Positions 27,142 through 39,925 of a stretch of DNA of 64,000 nt are shown here, one piece after another; within the stretch, counting starts at the first letter, position 1, and each line of letters starts with the position of its first letter. The translations under genes and the position numbers were made by a program. The stretch is taken from positions 9,176,001 through 9,240,000 of the forward strand of contig NC_043012.1 of NCBI RefSeq assembly GCF_006345805.1, given 5' to 3'. This DNA is from Octopus sinensis (taxonomy: Eukaryota). The notes under the pieces were generated by a model that saw only the letters and a program-made list of their open reading frames with translations, was not told the DNA's origin and searched no databases.

Positions 27142-28225
27142 ACACCTATAGATAACATATCTTGTCAAAAAGGTGAGTCAGCAAGTTTTGAAACCCACAC
27201 AGACACGAAAGCTTCACAAATTAGTAATTTGTGCGTTTCTTGTGTTTTCGTAACAGCAAATGCATGTGAACCCGCTTTGTTGTGCTTTGATAATGATATT
27301 CTCGTTGTTAACTCTTAAGTCGTCATTGCATCTCTGTTTCTTATTTCCAATGCTTAATCAATAGTGTTTACTCAACCGCATTTCTCACTTCATTTGCTGT
27401 CTTTCTTTTATTCAGTTAAGTTGTTGATAGATTAGCCTTCTATTGTTTCTAAACATTCTTTAGATCGTTTGATCTACACTAACTATTTACTCATTCTGTC
27501 CGCCTCCGTCCATTTTCGTTTTATTTCTTTTATTAGAATCCTTTTATCTTATTCTTTATTTCCTTTCCGATAGTTTATGCATTTTGTTTTCGTTGTTCTC
27601 GTAGAAACAAATAAAACAAAGATTTCCTTTCATATATTCCAGTTATTTTACTTATCAATTCAGTAATTTTGCTGTGGCGATTGTTTTTATTATTCTTTTG
27701 TTTTTTACTATAATTTATATTCAATAAATCCTATTTATACGCCAGCTACAACTCCATAATATAACACAATTAGTAAAAGTCACGTTATTTTCCAAGGTTA
27801 TCATTAACTCTTCTCCCTTCTACATGTCATCGTCAGTTCTCATGTAACCTTTATGATGGTAATCTTTTACGGTAATGCTTCCTTATTTCTGTACGACTTT
27901 TTAAATCATTATTTTATCTAAAGAGTTCCTTTGCCATCTGTAACACTTTCAAAACATGTAATCAATATTCATTAACAGCAATCTTTTATTATTCCAATTC
28001 CTTTGTCATTCATACAATGACATTGTGGGTTTTCTTTCCTTTTGATCTTATACTTTCAGTGTTATTTCGCAAATCTTTTTATTATATACTTTCAATACAC
28101 GACAGAGATCGGCTCTGTGCAATGGTGTTTCTTTCGATCGAGTGGTTTTCATCTTTATCCGTTTACCAGTTTCGCACTTTCAGCTGATTCTCGACTATCG
28201 TAGTTAAACACCTCCACCAGACCCA

Positions 28226-28342
28226 TGGGTGCCGCAGTTTCACACCACTAGCTGATCCTTGGGTGCCGCAGTTTCACACCACTAGCTGATCCTTGGGTGC
28301 CGCAGTTTCACACCACTAGCTGATCCTTGGGTGCCGCAGTTT
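28226..28342. repeat. 34-bp minisatellite, about 3.5 near-perfect copies; degenerate units continue to ~28565
   Basis: Unit tgggtgccgcagtttcacaccactagctgatcct. Confidence 0.9.
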
Positions 28343-29484
28343 AACCCCTTCACCTAGTCCATGGGTGGTCACGGTTTGGCTCATCCTGATTATGTTTGAT
28401 TGTCATGGTTTGATACTTGTACCTAATCTATTGAAGCTGCAGTTTAACTGTGATCTGGTCCTTGGGGGTCATGGTATAACACCTCTGCTTGGTTCTTTGA
28501 TACCGCAATTTAGCTCCCCCACCTGTTTTGGGGGTACCGTGGTTTAACACTCTACTTGATCTTTGGTTGCACTCAGTGACTGAATCATTTCTATTCTAAA
28601 TATTTCTCTGGTATGTAAATAGCTTCCTTCTTTCGACCAACTAGTCTTAAAAATTCTGAAAAGAACCTTGGCATTTACCGTTTCCTCTTAACCTAGCATC
28701 AACAATTTCTAAGCAACGGGAAAAAACAACAAGAACAATAAAAAAACTGTCTACTACATGATTGTACTATTTTTCGATTTTTGTTGTGAATGTATAGAAC
28801 TCTAACAGTTTTAGCAATATTTTTGCCTTTTTCCGTTTTTTCCTTTTCTCAAGACATTTCTTATTATGAAGGATTATTCCTTTATTTAAATGTGATCTGA
28901 AACAAAGATCTGTACCCACAGTTGTCAAAGTTCTGAATCCGAGCAATTTGGTGCATTTAATGTTAACATTTTCAATCCCCACATTTTGGATATCTATATT
29001 TCCAGATGTTAATGTTTTAATAAAATACTTCCATTTTTCTGTGGAAGACAGCGCGATGCTTTCTTTTTCTTTACCTATAACCATTTTACCTACATATGTC
29101 CTTTAACCATGCTCACTTTACCAGCATCACTAAGGCAGTAAGCTAACAACCACCAGCATATATTTCATACTTTTCCCATGATATTTGTAGTTTCATTTTC
29201 AATTAAGTTTCCAGATTTGAGTTTTTTGCTATTTTTATTTATTAATTTTCCATTATTAGAAGGTAAGCTTTTGGCTTTTAATATTTTCTCTTAATTAGAT
29301 TTTTCATTATTACTGTTTTTTTACCAACTTAGCTATTTTATAACATTCCTTCTCCCCTTCCTCCCCTTCGTCCTCCTGTCTTCCGTCTTCTCCCCTTCCT
29401 CCTCCTCCCCATCCTCCCCATCCTCCTTCTCCTCTTTCTCTTCTTTTCCCCTTCCTCCTTCTACTTCCCCCCTTCCCAATCCCC

Positions 29485-29968
29485 TAGATTGTTAGGTATT
29501 TTCTTGGATTCTCTCTGTGCCAACATGCTACATTCACTTACTATATGAGTAATGCTTTCTTTTTTTGATTTGTATAATCTTCACTGGGAATCTATTTGGT
29601 TTTTATCAATCTCGGCTTTTATCCAATTAGTCCTTAATGTTTGATCTTGTGCAGCTACTAACGGATTTTCTGTCTCCCTCTTCATCTCTCCTTCCTGCAA
29701 CCATAACCGCGTCTCCTTACTACTATTTGCTGCAACTATCTTTGTGAATCTACCATGCAATGCCTTCTCCTGCCAGTCAGATAATTTCTGTTCTTTTTTC
29801 TGGTTCAAACTTCGTTTGTATTTTTTGTTTCCCTATGTCTTGCTGTGACCCTAACAGCTTTTAATAAACTTTCTGTTACCTATATAGGCGTCTATATCTA
29901 CTCTAGCTAACTGATATTAACCCCTTCCTCTTTCCTTTCTAGGTAGGTGTAATCTTGCTACTCCTGCT
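29485..29968 (-). mobile_element. R4/Dong-clade non-LTR retrotransposon C-terminal fragment
   Basis: RLHLPRKERGRG...WQEKALHGRF...WLQEGEMKRETE...AAQDQTLRTNW; abuts an (ATT/ATC)n tract. Confidence 0.8.
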
Positions 29969-30002
29969 ATCATCATCATCATCACCATTATTATTATTAT
30001 TA

Positions 30003-30060
<58 letters not shown>

Positions 30061-30097
30061 CATCATCATCATCATTATTATTATTATTATTATTATT

Positions 30098-30183
<86 letters not shown>

Positions 30184-30185
<2 letters not shown>

Positions 30186-30361
30186 GTTTGACTTTTGCTT
30201 TATATTTGTACAAGTTGGCTCCAAGTCTCACCCGGAGACCTCAAGAGACAACAGGTTGGAAGTTCACGTTGTTGTTATGCCTAGTGTGCCATATATTTGG
30301 TTGTTTTTTGTGTTGTACTGGTGGATATCTGAAAAAATGTTTGTTTTAAACCTTGAGATTA

Positions 30362-30362
<1 letters not shown>
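30184..30362 (-). mobile_element. Probable R4/Dong-type 3' UTR inserted in (AAT)n
   Basis: A unique 180-bp segment flanked by (ATT)n on both sides, with a stem-loop-rich 3' end; family assignment is inference. Confidence 0.5.
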
Positions 30363-30425
<63 letters not shown>

Positions 30426-31077
30426 TATTACGCAACAAGAAGGTATACTGATATACAGCTCTGTATGTTTTTTTTGTTTAAACTCACCATTTTCCACTGT
30501 CTTTGGTCCCTGTTTGTATGATTCCCACTCCCTTTCTTAAGAAGTGTGCACCAGCTTATTTCTTAGAGTGTAGATGTTTCTATATCAATAGATGGACACT
30601 ATATTTTTTCCCGGAATCTACAAAATCGTAATTTTTCTGGAAAAACTGTTGCCGAACAGTTCCATAATGATATTCAAAGTAACAAAACAAGAGATTGAGA
30701 ATATATAAAAAAAACAGGAAATGTTGCAGAGGGAATGTAATATGGATTCTCTTTTACGAAGCTGAGCGTTCTCGAGGCTCAGAAATGGACAATAATGTCG
30801 TTGTTATGGTGACCAAACCAATTAAGCCAATTACTGATACTAGCAAACACAAAAGAAATACCACTAAGACTACTGGCACCACCATCACAACGACGGCGGC
30901 CACGACGACGACGACGACGACGACCACCACCACCACCACCACGGCCAACACTATCGCCATCACCACCATCACCCTCACCTCATCCACCATACCACCACAC
31001 TCATCAAGCCCACATCAACCACCATCAACATCAATACTTGCAACAACATTTACAGTGAGAACATAAAAGAAGTACTA

Positions 31078-31278
31078 GAGTTCTATATTTAAGAGATGAG
31101 GAATTATGTACATTATTTACTTTACTTACAATCAACGGATATTTGTCCTCATCTTGTTTGTTGTTAACACAGCGTTTCGGCTGATATACTCTCCAGCCTT
31201 CTTCAGGTGTCTTGGGGAAATTTCGAACCTGGGTTCTCATTCCTAAGGTATTTTTTGATAGTATTATTATTATTATTA

Positions 31279-31319
<41 letters not shown>

Positions 31320-31399
31320 GTGTTCAGGACACTGCCTGGAATCGAACTCGGAATCTTGGGGTTAGTAGCCCGCGCTCTTAACTACTACGCCATATTCCC
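31078..31399 (-). mobile_element. Composite element: tRNA-like Pol III head + (AAT)n + hammerhead-bearing PLE-like tail
   Basis: A box TGGCGTAGTAG (31392-31382); B box GAGTTCGATTCC (31349-31338); (AAT)n 31319-31263; HHR 31211-31166. Confidence 0.65.
31166..31211 (-). ncRNA. Minimal type I hammerhead (cleavage-site U mutated to C in this copy)
   Basis: ACAC-CTGAAGA-A-GGCTG(GAGAGTATAT)CAGCC-GAAA-CG-CT-GTGT. Confidence 0.7.
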
Positions 31400-31689
31400 G
31401 TAGGATGAAGGTATGGCGTAGTGAATATGGCGTAGGGGGTTAAAGACGTATATAAGAATTTCCCAGATTAACGACTATAAATAATACAACACTGATCTAG
31501 TTCACAACTGTATTCTCTGTTGCTTGTCCGATCCAGCTGTAGCAATAGCAATACAAAGAAGGCCAGCTTATTTGCATGGAGTGTTAGATGTGCTCCGGCT
31601 GCTGCTGCTGCTGCTGCGCAGGTACTCGATGAAGCTGCGCCACTCGCAGTGATTCTTACCTAGTGAATGGTTCATGCCATCCAACTGCA

Positions 31690-32960
31690 TCACACGATGA
31701 GATGGACGTCCCGGTTAAATTTCTCGGTGTATTGTTCGGTTCAGATCAATACAGAAGTGGGACGACGTGACGAGCAGAGTGGACAGGTGCACCCATAAAT
31801 AGGCAGAGACGACGTTATCCCTGAAAGGTCAGGCAAAGATGGCAAATTCACACATCATCTGCATCTCATACGAGGGGTTGCTGAAAAGTTCCTGGCTCTA
31901 AGGGTGTCGCGAAAGGCCTGGCTGGAGGCTTAACCTTCCGTGTTCTTTTATGGGGCTTAGAAAAACCGAAGGACTGCTGCAATAAGTGTGTGACTCTGAG
32001 AGGGGAATATGTTCAATAAAATTATAATTAACTGATCCTCCTGTATTTTCTTTTACTCAAAGCCAGGAACTTTTCAGCATCCCCCGTAACTTAGCGGTTC
32101 GGCAAAAGATATCGATAGTATAAGTACCAGACTTACACACATACACACACAAAAAATACTAGGGTCGATACATTCGACTATAAAATTCTTCAAGGCGGTG
32201 CCCCAACATGGCCACAGTCTAATGACTGAAACGAGTAAAAGATAAAATATAAAATAAAATCCCCTCGTATTTCCGCTAAACTCTTGTCCAAGTGTCAACA
32301 GCCGGGCCTACCAAAGATGTGCGCAGAGCGACGAAACTGTGCTCCCCGAACTCGTCTTGTGCCCTAGTATTGCTGAGATGAGTGTTTTTTTCGAATACCT
32401 TCTGTCGCGTATTGGACGAATCCTGCAATCGGCTGAGTCCGTTCTGAAGATCGTTTCGTCCCATTCCTTTGACTGGGTGGGACAGGCAGTGCTTACCTAT
32501 TTGATGGCCTTAGCAAAAGAGGTGATGTACTTGACCAGATTGAAAGAGCCAAAAACAGAAACCTTCCTCTTTGGTCAAGTTCTCATCAACATTTCCAAGT
32601 TCCATTTGTAGAGGAAACTGGGAATAGAGGGAAAGGCGTTGTTTTCCAGCAAATTTGATGAAAGGTGGTGAACGATGGTCCGAGTGCACAGGCCTGCTCT
32701 AAACATGTACTTATAAACCAAGGGACGAGGATGAGAATAGGGCACTTTCCTTAGTGGTCAGGGTAATTGTTGTTTTGTGAGGTGTCTTTGAGCAGCGCCT
32801 GGCAGTCTCCTCACTTGTGTTTGAATATTCACTTCTTCGTTTTTGGTAAATTTTCGTTTTCCGCCTTCATGTAACATCATATAATTTTGTATTGTGTCGT
32901 CCCGTACCGTCCTGTACCGTCCCCAATCTATTTGTAAACCCTTAGTGGTAAATATAAAAA
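31690..32960 (+). mobile_element. Degenerate L1/Tx1-like LINE 3' region, split by a MITE
   Basis: VKFLGVLFG...KWDDVTSRVD...LSLKGQAKMAN, and downstream MALAKEVMYLTRLK. Confidence 0.55.
31869..32269 (+). mobile_element. Mariner-derived MITE whose right TIR is split by a 5'-truncated family A SINE (~32074-32260)
   Basis: TIR tacgaggggttgctgaaaagttcctggct vs agccaggaacttttcagcatcccc[SINE]cccctcgta; internal NKCVTLRGEYVQ* resembles a mariner C-terminus. Confidence 0.8.
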
Positions 32961-32974
32961 AAAATCATCATTTT

Positions 32975-33810
32975 GTTCGCACACCGGACAAAATAGTTTG
33001 CGGCAGTTCGGCCTTCTACCGTCTGAGTTCAAATTCCACCGAGGTCGATTTTGCCTTTCATCCTTTCGGGGTCAATAAAATAAGTTCCAGTCAAGTACTG
33101 GGGTCGATGTAATCGACTCACCTTCTCCCAACAAAATGTCAAGCCTTGTATAGTAGATAGAATTATTAGCACAGGGGGCTAGTAGAATCCTTAGTGTATC
33201 GGAAGAAATGTTTCGCAGCATTTCTTTCGGTTCTTTACATTCTAGGTTCAAATTTCGCCGAGATCAACTTTACTCATCATCCCTCCGGGGTCAATAGTTT
33301 GCGGCAGTTCGGCCTTCTACTAGCCAAGTACTGGGGTCGATGGAATCGGGTAATACCCTACTCCAAAACTGCTGTCCTTGTGTTTAGAATAGAAGTAAAT
33401 ATTTAGGCGTTGAGCTTGCAGACTCGTTGGAGCATCGAAAAAATTGCTTTGTGAAATTTGTTCCGGTTCCTGGTATTCTGAGTACAAAATCCCGCCGGAG
33501 TAGACTTTGCAGTTTATTCTCCCAGTGCCAATGAAATAAAGTACCAGTCAAGTACTGGGATCATTGGTACTGCCTGATACCCCCTCCCCTCAAAACTGCT
33601 GGTCTTGTAATTTATTCAGCAACCATTATTATTTTCTTTATTGAAACGGGTGTGGATAGGCAGATTTCGTCGGATGTTAGATTAGCAGGTCGTGTGGTAT
33701 TTCATTACTTTTGGTATTTTTCCGAGTTCAAACCCGTGGATCGCCGTTCATCCATCGGGGGTCAATGAAATAATTGACGATCAAAAACTGAGTTTTATCA
33801 TTGATCCCCA
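32975..33810 (+). mobile_element. Chain of about 4 older family C-related SINE copies
   Basis: Recurrent gagttcaaat...ttcatcc...ggggtcaat...ccagtcaagtactgggg. Confidence 0.7.
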
Positions 33811-33878
33811 ATCGATGCCATAACAGCCAATACACCCAGCCACATATTTCTTTTTACATTTCATTGCCAAAGTCAGGA

Positions 33879-33934
<56 letters not shown>

Positions 33935-34528
33935 AAGTCTCGAAAAATACTTTTCCATTTGAATCATGGTCTTTTCAAATATGTTCTTTCGTATATTTTA
34001 AAACTACATATTTCAATATTTATCACTGTTTTATTGTAATCGTAAAAATTATATACAAGTGTAATAACAATAAAATCGATATAGACCAATGCAGAACGAA
34101 CTAATTTCTATATTGTATCAACATTTTATTGATTTATTGGTGTTAAATATTTGTCTTTTCTCTATGTGATGTCACATGTATTTAATCTGCTATTGACACT
34201 TGTACTATTGTTATCTAGAAAAATCATATTTTCTCTCTTTCTGTACACACACATATACACACATGCTTGCTACCCCACACACGCACACACACATGCACGT
34301 ATGCACACACACACACATAATATTTAATGTTTAATTATTTTAAAAGCTTCTATCCGTTGATTTACTATTAGATGTTTGTAGTAAATCCACAATAATAAAG
34401 ATACTTCTTTGTCAAGAAGACGATAAATATTTAATAAAAAGACGTGCACGGAATGGTAAAAATATTTTTAGAAATAGTTTACATAGTTTACTACTACTAC
34501 TGCTGCTACTACTACTACTACTACAACA

Positions 34529-34599
<71 letters not shown>

Positions 34600-34794
34600 C
34601 ACCACCACTAAGTGGCATTGAGCACAGAAAGCGAGATCAATTGATACTGGAATATCTACTCTCCTCTTTCTAGTTTTACAAATGGGGGTGCGTGTTTTAC
34701 ATATAGTGAGAGATGCGTGGCTTTGGAGAGTTTTACTCTTCTTTCTAGCAAACAGGTGCATATTGAACCCTGAATTTTATATATGTATTGTATG

Positions 34795-34838
<44 letters not shown>

Positions 34839-35088
34839 TATATTATATTTATATATATATATATATTATATATATATATATTATATATAATATATATATA
34901 TAAGACTTGAACAGCCATGAACGATCGTAGTGTTATATTAATTATCCTTTTAATAATTTTGATATATATTTAAATAATATAATTAATTAATCTTTTGTAT
35001 TGGCTTAAGTTTTTCATTGTATGATTTGCCAATATTGGGTTTTAATCTCTAATTAATATAATATAATATATATATATATATATATCTA

Positions 35089-35131
<43 letters not shown>

Positions 35132-35135
35132 TATA

Positions 35136-35905
35136 AAATTGAATTTAAAATGAGGGTAAGAAATTAGATATTAATTATTAACATCGATTTCACACCAGTG
35201 TCTAGCATATATAAAACTGAAGGTTCAGTAAAATTGTATTATTACACATATAAGAGGAAACCACTATGTGGACACCCTTACGCTAGAAATAGATCCGCTA
35301 TGGTCTTACCATTAGAAATGTTCTCAAGTAAAATTTAGCTAACAACCAAAACGTAATCGAGCAAGACAAGAGAAAAAGCAATAAAAAATATGGATTATTC
35401 GCATACATGTTTCACTATCGACATATTACGTAATTTTGCTTACATAATTGTCCGTAGATCATCGGTGCGACCGTCCAGATGAATATAATTTGTAGGACTG
35501 CATACTAGGTCGTCCGCACAAAGTCAGACTTGTAAAACAGTCCTACCATTACACTCGTGCTTTCTATTTCAAATGTCCTCGTTTTGGCGCGCTAAATTAC
35601 CGAAAAACTGATGCTGCAGATAATACTTTACTGCAGTAGCCTTTGCCGGTTAGAGAACGTATTAATTCAAATTTGAATTTGAAATGAGGGTAAGAAATTA
35701 GATATTGATTTAATTAACATCGATTTTACACCAGTGGTCTAGCATATAAAAAAACTTGGTTGTTTTGCAAAATTTTTCTTGAGAACATTTCTTAGTGGTA
35801 AGGCCATAGCGGATCTATTTCTAGCGTAAGGGTGTCCACATAGTAGTTTCCCTCTAATGTGTATATAATAGAATTTTACTGAACCTTCAGTTTTTTTTTG
35901 TATGC
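35136..35905 (-). mobile_element. PLE pseudo-LTR-like element with direct and inverted partial duplications
   Basis: Segment A is repeated directly (35136-35217, 35669-35755); segment B (35205-35348) is inverted at 35756-35905; HHR in between; left end in (TA)n. Confidence 0.75.
35391..35478 (-). ncRNA. Type I hammerhead ribozyme (CCGAUGA core variant)
   Basis: TCGCA-CCGATGA-TCTACGGACA-ATTATGTAA(GCAAAA)TTACGTAAT-ATGTCGATAGT-GAAA-CATG-TA-TGCGA; distal TGGA/TCCA pairing. Confidence 0.75.
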
Positions 35906-36689
35906 TTGGTCTTGAAGCAGAGTATGTGATCCAATCTCCTCAATAGTCGAGGGGGGATACATGAAGGGCCGAACGAGATATCGTATGTCCATGCAAGGAA
36001 CTTTTCCTGTAATGAAATCGTCCACTTCTGACGAAGTCTTCAGCATCAATTTTCCTGTGAGTATTTTCAGGATTAGATCCTTAAAGACATCTTCAGGTTT
36101 GTTTTTTTGCTTCTATTTACAACAATGATGTTGATGGAGTTTGGATTCTGGGTGTTTTTTTGCTTGTTATTGAATTCTCGTTATTATTGCTTAATTATTG
36201 TGTGTTTACTGTAAGTAATAACTGCAAAGTTGCTTCCATTTACAAATTTCTCGTTTGGCAAAATGTACAAGTGTTGTTGGTGTTTTATCAAAAACCATTA
36301 CCGTTGTTGATGATGTTGTTATTAAGTGAATTTCAGTATTATTATCGGTAGAAAATTCATTATTTTTCCTTTTAAATTGTATGTGCCCTGCAGCAAAGCA
36401 CATTCATTATTTTCTTGTATATTCTCTGTTCGAACATGTTTACTAAAACTGGAGACACTTGGGGTTTTCTCTCTGTCTCTCTTTTTCCCTCTTTCTCTCC
36501 CCACTCTCTCTCTCTCTCTGTCACTTTCACATAAAGCAATTTTGTCAATTTTCACAAGGAAAATATATTTTCTCATACGAAAAAAATATGATGCAAAAAG
36601 TCCCGCTTTACTATATTGTATTTTCACATTAAATGAATGCTTTTCCATTTGGATCTTACTCAGAACACAATCTTGACAGGGCACGAACA

Positions 36690-36922
36690 AACAAGAATGA
36701 TTACACTTCATCAACCAAGAGTTGGAGGCTTCAGTGAAGAAGTTCTTCTCCTCGAACAACAAGAACTGGTATCAGCGTGGGATCATAAAAATGGAAGAAA
36801 GATGGTTTCAGACGGTGAAACACGATGGTCTCTACTTTGAATACTTGGTTGCTTTTCTTGTAACTTAACGAATAAAGCAAATAAGTTACCAAAATAATGC
36901 AAAACTTTTGACTCAACGCAAT
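36690..36922 (+). mobile_element. Mariner transposase C-terminal relic with right TIR
   Basis: NQELEASVKKFFSSNNKNWYQRGIIKMEERWFQTVKHDGLYFE, then aacttttgactcaacgcaata. Confidence 0.7.
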
Positions 36923-37799
36923 AAAAATCTCTCACGCAATTTATTCCAAAAACTCTCTTCTTTCCATTTCCTGAATATTTTTCATTGTATCTTTCTTTAG
37001 ATTCCGTGAAATATAGCATTACATTTTATATTTTATTTAAAAAAGACTAAACCAGTTAGCAGGATCTGTGAAGTTTATTCTGTGAATATAATACCCAGCA
37101 TAGAAATCCTTCTGGCGACCAGCTGATGAAGTTCATTGTTAATACCGACATAGCTAAATACTACAAATATAATTTTTCTTCCTGAAAGTTATATCTCCAT
37201 GATATCATTTCTGTCATCTAATTAATCAATTATTCACAATTAACTTATCAATAACGAAATGTGTAACAAAGAAAAAGATCTCAGATATCGCTTGTAGTCA
37301 ACTACATTTCCTTTTGTACTGATTTAAGCGAAAGACTGAAACTATACATAAATGTAAATAATTTCTTTTTACAGTGAGAAATGAATGGTGATCTGACCTT
37401 AGGTATTATATTTTCAACTGGATAAAGCAGTAGAGAACAATGTATACTTGACGGAAACAAAATGTATGAAGTATAGAGACTTAAATTAAATATTTTACCT
37501 TTGGTGAGAGGGGTTGTGTGGTGGATGAGCTTCAAAGCACTGAGGACAGAAAAACTTCATCTACGTTCTCAGGCTCCACTTTAAAAGGAAGGCGAAAGTA
37601 AGAACGAAAGAGCCTTCCTGCCTGTAAATTTGGCGGGTGACTTTGGCGAAAATGGTTAGGATGACTGGAAATACGGTTAGCATGTGCTGATCGACAAGAC
37701 AGCAGGGGTTGACCTTAGTGTTCAGGTTGATCTTGGATCTGTGGGCGTCTTTGTTTGTCTTTAGTTGGAGATTACCTTTAATCAGGAGGACTGTATCGT

Positions 37800-39780
37800 T
37801 TGTCCACTTCAGGATTCTAGCGGCTTACCCAGTTACTGCGACTGCGCGCGAGTTTATTGTCGAAATTATGTTTCTGGCATACAGTTTTGAAGCCAGTATT
37901 CTTCTCGCTCGCCACAGGTACTCTCTTTTTGTCTTTTCCTTCATGTTGTAGTGTTTGAGTCCATCTGCCTCAAGTACTCCTGGGTATTTATAGCTGGATT
38001 GAGGTTGAATCGCCTTCATCGTTTCACAACTTGACAATCATATGTCTTCTGTCCTGACAGGCTTTCCTCGTCTCATCACCATCGTAGCACATTTTGAGGC
38101 TCTAACCTCCATCATAATACCATTAGAGAAAATCCGCACAGAATGGACCAGGTTGTCTAGTTCTGCCTCATTTTTCGTGAATAGTATCAGCTCATCCATG
38201 AATAACAAGTGGATAGTTTTCCCTTACCGTTTCCCAGGTCATACACCAACTTTGTTTTCTGTAGTATTTCACTCAAGGCGATCATTCCCAGCACGAAGAT
38301 CAGTGGGGACACACTGTTCCTTGGAAGATTCATGTCTTGATTTTCACATCTACTAGATTCCCGGCTGTCAATTCCGTTCTTCAGCACTTCATGCTATTCC
38401 CTATAAGGCTTCTCATATTTACTGTTACTCCGTACATCTCGATTCTTCTTATTATTCAGGAATGTGATATCATATCGTATACTTTACGATAGTCAACCCA
38501 TACCGTGCCATGCCACGTTTGTGTCTTCACCTGCAGTGTCCTGATAATTAGATTATCAATTAACACCTGATCCTTCGTTCCCCAGCTCCTCTTTCGGAAT
38601 CCTTTCTGTTCAGCAGGTAGCAGCCTACATTTTTCCAAGTATCTATACAGTTTACCGGCCAAAGCACCTGACATTAGCTTCCACATCAACGGAAGGCACG
38701 CTATTGATCTAAAGTTGGGTTCAACATTTCACTTTTCAGGATCCTTGGCACTTAACAACGTCTATCCTTTTGTCATCCAGCTGTTTATTGAACCTTCCTG
38801 GAAATACTCATCTAGGTATTGCACTATCCTTTCACAGAGTCCTCTCAGCTTCCTCATCCAATAACCATGGACCCCATCCGATCCTATGCTCTTTCAGTTT
38901 GAGAATTTTCTTAAACGCTTTTTTTTTTATTCTGTTGTTATCTTTATGCCTTCTTGGACTTCTGTATTTCTTAACCTATCTTGGATTTCATACTGTTACT
39001 CCGCTTCATCATTATGCTCTACAGGTTGGTCTCAGATCCCTCTCCAGAATGCCCTGCGTTCTTCTGCATCTGGTATCATTGTTAAGTGTAATTGCCCATC
39101 TAGTTCCTGAAACAGTTTCTTCTCATTTGCGTCAACAATCTGTTTAGCCTAATTGTTTTGTTTTATTGTCATATCCTCCCAGTTTTGCTTTGATTGCTTC
39201 TACTCTTTGTTTCAGTTCTAATATCTCATCATACCATTTATCTCTTATTCTATATTTTCCTTCCAGCATTATTCTTATGTTTTCGTTCTGCAATTCTCAT
39301 CCGCTAAATCTATAAACTTGTCCTAAATGTCTTATCAACTTTGTTTCTCACAAATTCGTCGACGCCAGTTTGTTCTCTTCTTTCGTATCCAACTCTATCT
39401 GCAGCAACCATAGTTGCAGACCAAATAATCTTGTTAGCTTCAGTTATATTTCTCGTCTGGAATAGCCCAAGGACCGAAAATATCTTTTCGGTTTATTCTT
39501 TGAGCTTGCATCAATCAATGTACCTCAGATTGATGGGTGCTTGATCCTGGTCTTCTCTAATATATCGGCACAGCATCTTCGCTATGTCTTGTTGGTCATC
39601 ATCGTATTCTTGTGATAGCTCTTCCCATTACTTCTGCTAGCATTTACATTTACACTTTGCTCTTCGTCTTCACTGCCGCCATATATTCCTCTGTTCTCTC
39701 TGGGTACATTATCTGTTGGTGAAGTGTTATTTCTATTTTCTACTTATGTCTTCAATTTCCATGCGTATTAGCTACGCTTT
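37800..39780 (-). mobile_element. Degenerate R4/Dong-clade LINE (RT domain)
   Basis: MWKLMSG...LLPAEQKGFRKRSWGTKDQVLID...WVDYRKVYDMISHS; SYKYPGVLE...SKLYARNIISTINSRAV; abuts (AAT)n/(GAT)n. Confidence 0.85.
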
Positions 39781-39822
39781 TGCTCTTATAATAATAATAA
39801 TGACGACGACGACGACGACGAC

Positions 39823-39867
<45 letters not shown>

Positions 39868-39869
39868 GG

Positions 39870-39906
<37 letters not shown>

Positions 39907-39925
39907 AATAATAATAATCGTTATT

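Noticed and set aside
28226-28342. 34-bp repeat of CRISPR-like length
   Set aside because: Head-to-tail with no spacers; a minisatellite.
28767-29084. 105-aa minus ORF
   Set aside because: No recognisable domain, a stop immediately upstream, and low-complexity Lys-rich composition.
31323-31399. Functional tRNA gene (also the SINE heads at 45851 and elsewhere)
   Set aside because: Acceptor and T stems are imperfect, no oligo-T terminator follows, and the sequence continues into a repeat body.
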